Below are positions 9,234 to 18,448 of a DNA stretch of 64,000 bases, one piece after another. The stretch comes from a virus (lineage: Duplodnaviria > Caudoviricetes). Position 1 is the first letter of the stretch. Every line of letters begins with the position of its first letter. Below the pieces are notes generated by a model, which did not search any database, had not been told where the DNA came from, and saw only the letters and a program-made list of their open reading frames with translations. Made by a program: the position numbers and the translations under genes. The stretch is from the IMG/VR virus record IMGVR_UViG_3300027766_000001, one strand, 5' to 3'.

Positions 9234-10178
9234 ATGAGCTCTACCCGTTCGTTAATTAGCTTCACCAGTGGCTTGGATTCAACCTATGTGTTGCATGAAG
9301 AACTGAAGAAAGGACACAATGTTGAAGTGGTGTATGCGTCAGTGGCACAAGGCGATGACGCCAAACTTGCCGAGATCACCTGTCGTCGCCGTATTCTGGA
9401 GCATTTCAAACAGAAGTTCCCGGAGCAGATAAAAGAAGAGTGGATTGTGCCCACGATAATGTTGAACGTCTCTCAACGTGGTTATAGCAGCAGTAGCAGT
9501 TCACGTCCTCAGTTGGTGCAACAAACCAACACCATGCTTGCATTGATTCAGGTGATGCTGTTTTCAGAGGTTGATTATTATCGCCCGATGACCGGCTGGC
9601 ATTATCAGGACGTGCTTGAGAATGACCCTAACGAGCTCATGACCGAAGACGGTTATCGCTTGCTTAAGTCCACGTTTAAACCCATGGTGCGGATGATGGA
9701 TCCTAAACGTCATGTGGTGTGTGATCTGTTAACTCCGGCCTGGGACGTTGAGAAGTTCGTTATGTGGGAGTCCTTAGATGACTGGACACAAGCCAATCTC
9801 TGCCTGGATTATTTCTACAGTATCGAAAACCGTGCCGGGCTGAACATGATGATGCAAGGCATGGCCACACCCAAGTTCCGTGAATACCGTAAGTTCGGTT
9901 TCAGTGTAGGGCCGGGTGTTCACGCCAGCTATGGGTTACTTTCTAACCTGGATCGCTTCTATCTGGCCCGCAGTGCTACTGATAATGGTAATGGGATTAT
10001 CACTCAGTGCAGGGAAGACTTTAAACGTGCTGAGGGGTATTCAACCCTGGATCATGCGGTATCAACGCAGTCTATCAGTAGCTTCATGAGTAAGCTGGAT
10101 ATCTTTCGCACCACCTTGCTTAAACTCGCCCCGTCACCCTCTGAAGGTACGGAGTTAAAACTCGTTAGTAATAACTAA
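9234..10178 (+). CDS. QueC-like PP-loop (adenine nucleotide alpha-hydrolase fold) protein
   Basis: N-terminal LISFTSGLDSTYVL matches SGGxDS PP-loop; Q...E motif (QGDDAKLAE); no C-terminal Zn cysteine cluster. Confidence 0.65.
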   Translation: MSSTRSLISFTSGLDSTYVLHEELKKGHNVEVVYASVAQGDDAKLAEITCRRRILEHFKQKFPEQIKEEWIVPTIMLNVSQRGYSSSSSSRPQLVQQTNTMLALIQVMLFSEVDYYRPMTGWHYQDVLENDPNELMTEDGYRLLKSTFKPMVRMMDPKRHVVCDLLTPAWDVEKFVMWESLDDWTQANLCLDYFYSIENRAGLNMMMQGMATPKFREYRKFGFSVGPGVHASYGLLSNLDRFYLARSATDNGNGIITQCREDFKRAEGYSTLDHAVSTQSISSFMSKLDIFRTTLLKLAPSPSEGTELKLVSNN

Positions 10179-10223
10179 CATACCTTTAGCAATCTTGTGG
10201 AAACTTAATCGTAGGAACTTTAC

Positions 10224-10664
10224 ATGTCTGATACCTGTATAGAGCGTGAACTGGTGTTGATCACCAACACAGAGATTGCCGAGACCCAACTCTCGCATCC
10301 TGTCCTGTTAAAGCTTACTCAGAAGCAGCACGTCTGTGAACTGGGAAGTCCTGAAGAACCGTACGTTGAAGACTACATGCCGATGCAGTTTATCTCGGAA
10401 GAGGTCCGTCAAACCGTGGAACGTTACAAAACCATTGACCCGACGCAAGCCGTTGCAGTGGTGATGTCCTCACGGATGGACGTCGCCGGTAACCTGGTCG
10501 GTGTGGTGCGCGTGCTGAACAACCACCCAAAAGCAGATGCGGTCAAAAAGGCCATGCAGAAGCACCGCAGTGGGGTTCGGATTATTCCGCGTATTGGTCA
10601 TGAGTACCTGGCAGGTAATCGCCGGGAAACCGTTGTCTTTGCTTTCGATGTGGGGTTTAAATAA
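10224..10664 (+). CDS. Hypothetical protein, probable degenerate prohead-protease fold
   Basis: CELGSP...R..TID...VVFAFD pattern shared with gene at 43697. Confidence 0.55.
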   Translation: MSDTCIERELVLITNTEIAETQLSHPVLLKLTQKQHVCELGSPEEPYVEDYMPMQFISEEVRQTVERYKTIDPTQAVAVVMSSRMDVAGNLVGVVRVLNNHPKADAVKKAMQKHRSGVRIIPRIGHEYLAGNRRETVVFAFDVGFK

Positions 10665-11035
10665 TGTCTAAGCTAGTGCCACTGTCTGATGTGCCCGTAA
10701 ACAAAGTTCTCCCGTTCGGCAGCCTGGCCGTCATCCCAACTATAAGGGATAACGAACTTGGCACCGCCACCCGTCATGGCAGGTTATTTGCCTTGCAGCA
10801 TGACAACGGTTTTTATTACCTGGTCACCCCGGCGGTCGGTGACGCACTGTGTAAACTGGCCAATGCCCTAACGGACACTCACGGGGCCGCGGTCACCAGT
10901 GAAGTTTACAAACGCGGAACCGGAATGGTTTGGACCAAGGGTTCACAGTCACCCTATGCATACATCACCGCCGGTGTTGACGGTAAGGTAGCTGAGGTGC
11001 GCGTAAAAGCAACCGACCTCACACTCGAGGTTTAA
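10664..11035 (+). CDS. Hypothetical protein
   Basis: TAATG stop-start coupling. Confidence 0.75.
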   Translation: MSKLVPLSDVPVNKVLPFGSLAVIPTIRDNELGTATRHGRLFALQHDNGFYYLVTPAVGDALCKLANALTDTHGAAVTSEVYKRGTGMVWTKGSQSPYAYITAGVDGKVAEVRVKATDLTLEV

Positions 11036-11040
11036 CACGA

Positions 11041-11070
11041 AGGCCGGGTGATACCGGCTTTCTTTTTTTT
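11041..11070 (+). terminator. Intrinsic terminator
   Basis: GCCGG-gtgata-CCGGC followed by long T tract. Confidence 0.8.
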
Positions 11071-11087
11071 TGTCTCTGGAGTCCACC

Positions 11088-11678
11088 ATGACTACATACT
11101 ACCTGAGCGCAATCGAAACTGCCTGCACCAATGAAGGAGACCCGGTTCACAACGGGATCGCAGTGACAGTCAGGGATGGGTATGGTCATTCACATGTGCT
11201 GCGTTTGATCCCGGGTTACGACTCGTATCTGACCGCAGTGATTGTGAATAACGGCGAATACGGTTTCTACCGGTTTGATCGTCGTCTTCGTTCAATGTCT
11301 GATGAAGCAGAAATCCGTGGATTAGGGTTACTGGCCTTGCGTCAGATTCTGCGTGAATGTCAGCGCAACCTGAAGTCCAAAGATAACGGCATCTATTTCC
11401 TTGAGCACATGGTGGGTGAGATCCAGATGCCTTTGTTGTTCCGTGACAACTACCGTTACTCAGTAAAGAACAAAGCCGTGACGTTGATGTCGCTGGTACG
11501 CTGGCCGGATAACCGTTATGAGTTTGGTTTCACCACCACACTCAGAGCTATGTTCCATCGGCTGCGTGTGAAGGTCACGCGCATCAACGCTGAGACCATG
11601 AATCATTTATTAGCACTGTCTCGCCAAGACTACGGCAAGAAGTGTAACCCTAGCTTCACTAACCTCCTCTCTAAATAG
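11088..11678 (+). CDS. Hypothetical protein
   Basis: GGAG SD before ATG 11088. Confidence 0.75.
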   Translation: MTTYYLSAIETACTNEGDPVHNGIAVTVRDGYGHSHVLRLIPGYDSYLTAVIVNNGEYGFYRFDRRLRSMSDEAEIRGLGLLALRQILRECQRNLKSKDNGIYFLEHMVGEIQMPLLFRDNYRYSVKNKAVTLMSLVRWPDNRYEFGFTTTLRAMFHRLRVKVTRINAETMNHLLALSRQDYGKKCNPSFTNLLSK

Positions 11679-11687
11679 GCACCTGTC

Positions 11688-12455
11688 ATGATCGGTATTT
11701 TAAACAACTGGTTCACTGGTTTCAAAAAGCGTCATCAATTCTCTAAATGCTCCAACAGTGCAAGCTGGGAACGTCACGAACGTAAAGGCCTGTGGATGGC
11801 GAAGATCGACTGGTATCTGTTTAAGCAGGCCAAAGAGCTGTCGCTGATGCTGGGGTTCAGTAACAACTACGCAGGTAGTTATCAGCTGCGTATTGGTATC
11901 CCGTTCCTGTTCCTGGTCTATCTGCGCATCAAGTCCACACCCAACTGGTTTACCAAATGGGTCGGCGGTGACAGCATTATGGGTGGACGTGAAACCGGGT
12001 TCTCTATCGGTAAACTTATTAACCTGCGTCTGGCGTGTTATACGGACGGCTGGGACTCTAAGAAGTTCAATGGTTGGTCTTACATCAAAACCTGGCAAGA
12101 AGTCCTCATGGGCTCACACAGCCACGTTCTGACCGGTGTACGCTACACCACAACCGATGGTCAGTTGAAACGCAGCAAGAACCACCCGAACGGGTTGGGT
12201 TACGTGCTGTTCCATGCCAAGATTGAAACCTTCCGCTCCAGCTACTCCCGTTGGTACCTGTTCTGGTATCACCCGACTTATCAATCTATCACCCTCGATC
12301 CAAGTACTGAGATCGTGGTGCCGGGTAAAGGCGATAACGGCTGGGATCAAGATGACGAAACCATGGGTACGATCTCGTTTGGCAGCCACGTCAAAACGTT
12401 AGCGCAAGCCGTGGGTCAATACATGGAAAGCGTTGAGCGCTACATGCGTCGCTAA
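11688..12455 (+). CDS. Hypothetical Trp/Gly-rich protein
   Basis: 255-aa co-directional ORF. Confidence 0.75.
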   Translation: MIGILNNWFTGFKKRHQFSKCSNSASWERHERKGLWMAKIDWYLFKQAKELSLMLGFSNNYAGSYQLRIGIPFLFLVYLRIKSTPNWFTKWVGGDSIMGGRETGFSIGKLINLRLACYTDGWDSKKFNGWSYIKTWQEVLMGSHSHVLTGVRYTTTDGQLKRSKNHPNGLGYVLFHAKIETFRSSYSRWYLFWYHPTYQSITLDPSTEIVVPGKGDNGWDQDDETMGTISFGSHVKTLAQAVGQYMESVERYMRR

Positions 12456-12490
12456 CATGTTATACAGACAAAGCGAATAGAGGTGCACTT

Positions 12491-12937
12491 ATGAGCGGGA
12501 AACCTAATCGCATGATGTCGGTGGACTTAGGCCGACGTTTCATGTTGGCCGAATCACCGTGGTTCGATGTCGACATGCGCGAATCCAGTGTCAAGATGGC
12601 GGAGCCCGCAAAGAGGAATCCGAGCACGGAGAAGGTCAAACACACCATCTGTATCCATGCGGTCAATGCCTTTAAAGCAAAGAGCAATGAAGCGGATGCA
12701 GACGGAGTATTGGAGTACATGTGGTTTACCTACGGGATGCTACCTTGCCAGTTTAAGCTTGATGGAAGGGTCATTGCGTGTTTGGTATCGATCCGTGGCA
12801 TCTGCTGGGTCGATACCTTACCGTATCCGGTGGGTAATGCCGATGGCATGTATTACGGCTCTGTGATGCGACAAGTGGCTGGCGTTCTTCGTGATATTCG
12901 TCATCTGATCAAAAACGAATACAACCCTCCTGTTTAA
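12491..12937 (+). CDS. Hypothetical protein
   Basis: GAGGTG SD. Confidence 0.7.
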   Translation: MSGKPNRMMSVDLGRRFMLAESPWFDVDMRESSVKMAEPAKRNPSTEKVKHTICIHAVNAFKAKSNEADADGVLEYMWFTYGMLPCQFKLDGRVIACLVSIRGICWVDTLPYPVGNADGMYYGSVMRQVAGVLRDIRHLIKNEYNPPV

Positions 12938-12958
12938 TCCATAAAAAGAGAATTGATT

Positions 12959-13510
12959 ATGAACCACATTTTCCTGGCCGGCGAACACATTCTGGTGGCG
13001 TATGTAGAGGACGGTGAATACCCGCGCCCTGCCGGCAGTCATGACATGGGTGTGGTCGACATGACCAACTGGCCTGTGGACATCATGAGCATCAACCAGA
13101 CGCAGTGTATGGTGTTTGCGGACCCGAACTTCATGACCACCATGGGCACGGGCTTTACCTCAAACGGCACACTGATTACCGGTGCGCTGGTCCTGCGTGA
13201 CAACTACCTGTATCGTCACACGGTCGCCGAAGAGCTCGAGCAGATCGCTGAGTTCCCGCTGCCGTGGTACAACCTGTCACGCAACTGGTACGTCGCGAAC
13301 TACGCCGGTGAGCTGTACGATGAGCTGACCACGGCGGTGCGTAAGGCTGACAACCTGAACGACACTAAGAAGTTCCAGGATGAACTGGGTGCGAAGATCA
13401 TGTTGATCTTTAAGAAGTACAAAGCCCCGGTGAAATTCGTCTACAGCGTCAACACCCGTACCGGTGGTATGTCGCGCATGAACGCCAACCGTCTCAAAGA
13501 CTTCAGCTAA
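12959..13510 (+). CDS. Hypothetical protein, codon usage suggests high expression
   Basis: Strong CTG/AAC/CGT/GGT preference; followed by terminator. Confidence 0.8.
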   Translation: MNHIFLAGEHILVAYVEDGEYPRPAGSHDMGVVDMTNWPVDIMSINQTQCMVFADPNFMTTMGTGFTSNGTLITGALVLRDNYLYRHTVAEELEQIAEFPLPWYNLSRNWYVANYAGELYDELTTAVRKADNLNDTKKFQDELGAKIMLIFKKYKAPVKFVYSVNTRTGGMSRMNANRLKDFS

Positions 13511-13515
13511 CAAGA

Positions 13516-13558
13516 AGCCGGCCTCCTACTTCGGTGGGAAGCTGGCTTTTTTATGCTG
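13516..13558 (+). terminator. Intrinsic terminator with UUCG loop
   Basis: AAGCCGGCCTCCTAC-TTCG-GTGGGAAGCTGGCTT-TTTTATGCTG. Confidence 0.75.
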
Positions 13559-13565
13559 CATTATT

Positions 13566-13590
13566 TTTCAGATCTACATCACTCCGGTGT
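13566..13590 (+). promoter_or_regulatory. Putative phage early promoter
   Basis: TTTCA-gat-CTACATCAC-tccg-GTGT. Confidence 0.7.
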
Positions 13591-13653
13591 ACAACCTCAG
13601 TAATAACAAACATAACTGCCTAAACGTATAAGCCCGTACTACGGAGATATTAC

Positions 13654-13977
13654 ATGTTAGAACACGCCGGCGATTACTTAATAGAACGTGCAGCACTGAT
13701 CATCATCGGGAAATTCCTGATTAGCTTTACTTTTGTATTACTTTGCGAAAGAAACCAACACCAACCGTACTTCTATAAAACGGAAGTATTTTTAGGCAGT
13801 ATTGTTATCGCAGCAATCCCCCTTCTGGGCCAAGTGGTGATGTATGTTGCCACAGCCTACATGTTACGTAAATACCCGTACGGGGTAATGCGTGCATGGC
13901 TCTGGCCGATAGAGTTGTATCGGTCACTCGTGAAGTCTTTTTCTCACCGTTACCCGTTTAGAAAACGAAGAGGTTAA
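13654..13977 (+). CDS. Small membrane protein
   Basis: Two hydrophobic segments; GGAG SD. Confidence 0.75.
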   Translation: MLEHAGDYLIERAALIIIGKFLISFTFVLLCERNQHQPYFYKTEVFLGSIVIAAIPLLGQVVMYVATAYMLRKYPYGVMRAWLWPIELYRSLVKSFSHRYPFRKRRG

Positions 13978-13978
13978 T

Positions 13979-14524
13979 ATGTCTATTGTTGATAAGTTCA
14001 AGAACTGGAAACCCCAAAAGCAGCGTGAGTTGTTAGAAGAGTTGCTCATGATCCACGCCGGCACACCGTGTGAGCAACAGCTCTATGGGGAACTGCGTCC
14101 TGTGAACTTCGTGCAACATGAAAACCCGGAGAGTATTCATCTGGCGTATTGGACGCCGGTGTGTCTCCGTGAGAACATTTCGTATGAAACGCTGATGTCC
14201 GGTTCTATTGAAACGGGCTTTAACGGCATGGGTGAACACATAGGGAACACCCCGGCGCAACTGATTGAGGGTATTCGCTCTCAGGGTTGCTGGGCGTTTA
14301 CCGACTACCAATCCCGTACCATGCACGTGTGGGTTAATGGGGAAGTGGATCAGCTCATGGTCATGCAAATGATCGCCAGTGAAGTGGGGCACTTAACCAC
14401 CGACCGCTGGGACAACGAACAGCTGGAAGAACTGCGCACCTTCCAAATGGGCGTTGTGGCCAACCTGAGTCTGCAGCTGTTCAACCAGGTCATGGAAAAC
14501 CGCGCGTCTAAGTTGGAAGGATAA
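13979..14524 (+). CDS. Hypothetical protein with degenerate HExxH-like motif
   Basis: beta-strand MHVWV then helix ending ASEVGH. Confidence 0.6.
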   Translation: MSIVDKFKNWKPQKQRELLEELLMIHAGTPCEQQLYGELRPVNFVQHENPESIHLAYWTPVCLRENISYETLMSGSIETGFNGMGEHIGNTPAQLIEGIRSQGCWAFTDYQSRTMHVWVNGEVDQLMVMQMIASEVGHLTTDRWDNEQLEELRTFQMGVVANLSLQLFNQVMENRASKLEG

Positions 14525-14529
14525 TCATC

Positions 14530-15624
14530 ATGTCCGCGATGTACATCTTGATCGTGTTTGTGCCTTCGGTGTTTGTGGTGTTGCTCAGTAAAGCCCTGTT
14601 CCGTCACCACATCACCATGAAGGAGTGGTGTGTGCAAGCGGGTGCAGTGTTCGTCTCAACTCTGCTCATGTGGATGATCAGTCTCTTTGGTGGTTTAAGC
14701 TGGTCGTATGACACAGAAGTGTTAAACGGTTACGTGACCAGTAAAGCCCCGGTCGAAGTAACTTGCACACATGAGCATCAATGCGGTGAAACGTGCTGGA
14801 AAGATAAAGACGGTAAACGACACTGCAAGCCGAAGTATTGTAAAGACCATGCTTACGACGTCGATTGGGATGTCCGCACAACGGTGGGTACGGCAACCAT
14901 CAGTCGTGTGGATAAACGCGGACTGATTGAACCTCCTCGTTTTACGCAAGCAAAAATTGGCGAGCCAGCGGCTAACGTCGGTTTTGGTAAAAACTACATG
15001 TTGATCGATTCGGAACACTTCCATACCTCCGAGGCCATTATGGAGAAGTATAAGAATGTGTTGCCGGACTACCCGCGCATTACGGATTATTACCGTATCA
15101 ACCGGGTGATCAATGACACGCAACAAGACTACAGCTGGATCAACACGTATCTCAATGACCAACTCCGTTTGCTGGGTAAAGCGAAACAGTTGAACATTGT
15201 CGTGGTGGTGACCAAGAACCCGTATGACTATTATACGGCTATTCGTCAACACTGGTCCGGTACCAAACGCAACGACGTGCAACTCTATTACGGCGTCGAT
15301 GCAGAAGGGAACATTACGTGGTTTAAGGCCGACTCTTTTGCAGACGGCCAGTCGAATAACGTGATGCTCGATATGTTGCGCACCCCAACCCTGCAGGCGA
15401 AGTTAACACCGGCGGTGGTCGAAGAACAAGTTGGCATTATCAAAGACAAGTTTGTGCGTCTGCATAATGAACAACTGGCTTACCTGAAAGAACAGTGGTC
15501 ACCGTCGATCGGGTTTATTGTGTTCCTGACTCTCTTTAACCTCATCATCACTTGCGGTATCGCCTTTGCGTTTATCCGGGAAGATGCGGGTGAATTTGAA
15601 TTTATTAAACGTAACGCTCATTAA
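14530..15624 (+). CDS. Membrane-anchored periplasmic protein, TPM-domain-like
   Basis: Two N-terminal TM helices, Cys-rich loop, LNIVVVVT...W.G.KRNDVQLYYGV, C-terminal TM helix. Confidence 0.55.
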   Translation: MSAMYILIVFVPSVFVVLLSKALFRHHITMKEWCVQAGAVFVSTLLMWMISLFGGLSWSYDTEVLNGYVTSKAPVEVTCTHEHQCGETCWKDKDGKRHCKPKYCKDHAYDVDWDVRTTVGTATISRVDKRGLIEPPRFTQAKIGEPAANVGFGKNYMLIDSEHFHTSEAIMEKYKNVLPDYPRITDYYRINRVINDTQQDYSWINTYLNDQLRLLGKAKQLNIVVVVTKNPYDYYTAIRQHWSGTKRNDVQLYYGVDAEGNITWFKADSFADGQSNNVMLDMLRTPTLQAKLTPAVVEEQVGIIKDKFVRLHNEQLAYLKEQWSPSIGFIVFLTLFNLIITCGIAFAFIREDAGEFEFIKRNAH

Positions 15625-15635
15625 TAAGGATAAGT

Positions 15636-16238
15636 ATGTCACACGTAGAATCAGCGCCTCAAAAGAAAGGTTCCGCTGTTGCCATCATTGGCATCACGGT
15701 AGGTATCATCGTCGTTCTTTGTCTGCTGGTTGCAGGCATTGGTGTGATGTCGTACTTCAGTGCAGCGAACAAAGGTAACCAGGCAGAGAACCGGATTGAT
15801 GAGATCCGTCAGAACTCGGCCAGTAACCTCTCCAACCTCACAATGCGCATACAGGAAATGGCGCAGGTACCAGACATGGCGGTGGGTCATTTGAAGGAAT
15901 TGATTCAGGCGCAGATGTCGGGGCGTTACGGCGCTGATGGGTCTAAGGCCGTGGTGCAGTTCCTGAAAGAGCAGAACGTGTCGGTTGACCAGCGTATGTA
16001 TCTGAACATCCAATCCGAGATCTCCGGTGGGCGTAAAGAGTTTGAGATTACGCAGAACCGTTTGATGGGACAGTGTCGTAGCTATAAGGACGAACTGGGC
16101 AATGCCTGGAGCGGCTTCTGGTTACGTCTGGCAGGTTATCCTAAGGGTGATCTGAAAGAGCTGTGCCGTGCGGTAACCGACGCTAAGACGGACTCGGCGT
16201 TCTCAACTGGTCAGCAGACCAAAATCAGTCTGAAGTAA
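15636..16238 (+). CDS. LemA-like membrane-anchored helical protein
   Basis: Single N-terminal TM then helical domain ending Y...GF..RLAGYP, as in LemA-type proteins. Confidence 0.55.
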   Translation: MSHVESAPQKKGSAVAIIGITVGIIVVLCLLVAGIGVMSYFSAANKGNQAENRIDEIRQNSASNLSNLTMRIQEMAQVPDMAVGHLKELIQAQMSGRYGADGSKAVVQFLKEQNVSVDQRMYLNIQSEISGGRKEFEITQNRLMGQCRSYKDELGNAWSGFWLRLAGYPKGDLKELCRAVTDAKTDSAFSTGQQTKISLK

Positions 16239-16255
16239 GTGTTGCGATAATAAAA

Positions 16256-16284
16256 ATAGAGAGGAGGGAAACTTCCTCTCTTTA
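16256..16284 (+). terminator. Intrinsic terminator
   Basis: AGAGAGGAG-GGAAA-CTTCCTCTCT-TTAT. Confidence 0.7.
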
Positions 16285-16314
16285 TACCCGTTGACTTGTA
16301 AGGAGTAGTAAATT

Positions 16315-17631
16315 ATGGCTGGTAGTTACATGACGATTGTTCACCGTTGCATGAGTGTTATCACTAACCAACCGGGTGGCGTCACCTGGGCACGTTTGCT
16401 GGAACGCGTAGACATATTAAGCAAAGCCTCCAACCGTGAAAAGGTTCGGGTCTTTCAACATTTAAAAGAGAAGAACGTTGTATGGAACAATCAAGCTGAC
16501 GACATGTCAGACACCTTATTCATGCTCGCCTCTGAAGCACCTGCTGAGGAAGTAGCCGAAACCGGTACGACCACTGTTTCGACTACGGCTAACGCAAAGA
16601 AATCCCGTATGGAAAAGTTCCAGAACCTCGCCAGCGGTAAAACAACACCTCCGACCCCTCCTGCTGTATCTGAACCTGTAACCAAGAAGGAAACACCTGT
16701 GGCGCAATCAACCTCTGCTAAGTCCGATATCTTTGAAGGCAACTCGTTCTACAATGAAGACGAAGTCATGACAGAGATGGCCTGGCATGTGTTACAGGCC
16801 GGTGATCACGGTTTATCTCTGACCGCATTGCGTATGTCGGTGCCAGAGTATTCGGACAGCAGCGATGAAGATCGTATCTACCTGATCAACACCATGCGTC
16901 AACGCTACAACATCGGCTTCTACGAGCGTCTGATCCCTAATGACAACGAGGGTCGTACTGTTAAAGTGCTGGCTGTGCGTGTCGGTGGTGCGAACAGCAT
17001 CGAACGGTCTGACTGGTTCATCAAACAGAACCGTGGTTTGTATAACCGTCCGGCAGCTGCACAGGAAGGGGAACTGAAGACCAACGTGGCTAAGTTTGGC
17101 GCCGTGGGTAATAGTGCGATGGCCGATGCATTGGCGGGGATCAAAGCAATCGCCACCTTCAACGACAACTCCGGGAAAGAGCCGGATGAGTTCGATGAAG
17201 ATGACAACGACTCGTTCATGGAAACCGAAGGCACGCTGCCAGCGCCTAAGGTAGAACCGATTCAACCGACCAACGTGGTCTCCATGAAAGAAGCCATGTC
17301 AGCACCGGCTAAACCTACTGAGCCAGTTTCTCGTCACGGCGCGGTGGATCACTCATCTGAATCAGCACATGCTCCGGTACCAGCTGAACCTGCTAAACCG
17401 TCGGTCACTCCTGAAGCGGTTAGCAGCACGGCAGATACCCTGCGTCTGATTGCTGATCAACTGGAACGTCAAGCGGCAAACAGTAAAGTGATGTTTGAAC
17501 GTAAAGCGCGCTTCGACGCATTAATGGCCCAGGCTCGCAATAGCGCACAGGCTATTCAGTCGATGGTCGATAACCACAACACGTTGCTGGATAATCTGCA
17601 ACAGGCGGCTGACGATTTAACGTCACTGTAA
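16315..17631 (+). CDS. Hypothetical modular protein (two helical globular domains, disordered linkers, C-terminal coiled coil)
   Basis: AAGGAG SD; Pro/Ala/Thr/Glu-rich linkers; heptad-like C-terminus. Confidence 0.75.
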   Translation: MAGSYMTIVHRCMSVITNQPGGVTWARLLERVDILSKASNREKVRVFQHLKEKNVVWNNQADDMSDTLFMLASEAPAEEVAETGTTTVSTTANAKKSRMEKFQNLASGKTTPPTPPAVSEPVTKKETPVAQSTSAKSDIFEGNSFYNEDEVMTEMAWHVLQAGDHGLSLTALRMSVPEYSDSSDEDRIYLINTMRQRYNIGFYERLIPNDNEGRTVKVLAVRVGGANSIERSDWFIKQNRGLYNRPAAAQEGELKTNVAKFGAVGNSAMADALAGIKAIATFNDNSGKEPDEFDEDDNDSFMETEGTLPAPKVEPIQPTNVVSMKEAMSAPAKPTEPVSRHGAVDHSSESAHAPVPAEPAKPSVTPEAVSSTADTLRLIADQLERQAANSKVMFERKARFDALMAQARNSAQAIQSMVDNHNTLLDNLQQAADDLTSL

Positions 17632-17644
17632 ATCAGGAGCGTTT

Positions 17645-18436
17645 ATGACTCACCCATTACTTGTTGACACACCCGATCCACAGGTATTGCGTATGCTGGC
17701 TCAAGCACTCGATGAGCAGCGTAACATACCTGAACAGGAACGGCAGATTGAAGAGGGGCTTCGTCACCTGGAACAACAACTGCAGTCTTCGGCTACAGCG
17801 TTGGAACAGGCTATCATCAATCACCAGAAGATTCTGGATGAACTGCAGTTGGCTGCGGATGAACTCATGGGAACGTTTGACCACGAGATTCACAAACAGA
17901 CAGTAGGTGGTGAATTCATTATCGATAACGTGATTGTTCAGATCGAAGTCGAGTTTGAAGTCCTGACGCGGATGGGTAACCCTATTCGTGCCATTAACAG
18001 CATTGTGTTAAAGCGTGGCAAAGAACGCCTTGACATTGTATCAATGAACAGCGGGACACTATTAGTATACGAAGACCGTGAACTTCTGATGGACATTGCC
18101 ATTCGCTCATTGGAAGGCAACACTGCAGAAGATGCACTGCGTTTCGTCATGACTGCGGTCGAACGCTGGACACTGGAGCATCGTCACGACAACCACTACG
18201 ACTTGGTGATCAAGTTGTTGCTGAAGTGTCAGGTGATTGTGCACCCAGAAGAAAAGATCATTCAAGAAACCCCACCTGCTGAACCGGTGGCTGAAGAACC
18301 TAAACCCGTTGCTACCCGTGCCCCACATACCCGGACGTACACGCCTCATGGAACCACGTTCTGGCGTGAAGGCTTCTACCGCACCAGTCGTAACGGTGTG
18401 CGTCACTGGGTTACTGGCCACTGGATTACTCGTTAA
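17645..18436 (+). CDS. Coiled-coil protein with Arg/His/Trp-rich C-terminal tail
   Basis: AGGAG SD; tail HTRTY...FWREGFYR...RHWVTGHWITR. Confidence 0.75.
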   Translation: MTHPLLVDTPDPQVLRMLAQALDEQRNIPEQERQIEEGLRHLEQQLQSSATALEQAIINHQKILDELQLAADELMGTFDHEIHKQTVGGEFIIDNVIVQIEVEFEVLTRMGNPIRAINSIVLKRGKERLDIVSMNSGTLLVYEDRELLMDIAIRSLEGNTAEDALRFVMTAVERWTLEHRHDNHYDLVIKLLLKCQVIVHPEEKIIQETPPAEPVAEEPKPVATRAPHTRTYTPHGTTFWREGFYRTSRNGVRHWVTGHWITR

Positions 18437-18448
18437 TAAGGAAAGTCT

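Noticed and set aside
9234-10178. 7-deazaguanine DNA modification cluster
   Set aside because: Only a QueC-like gene is present; folE, queD, queE and dpdA are absent from the window
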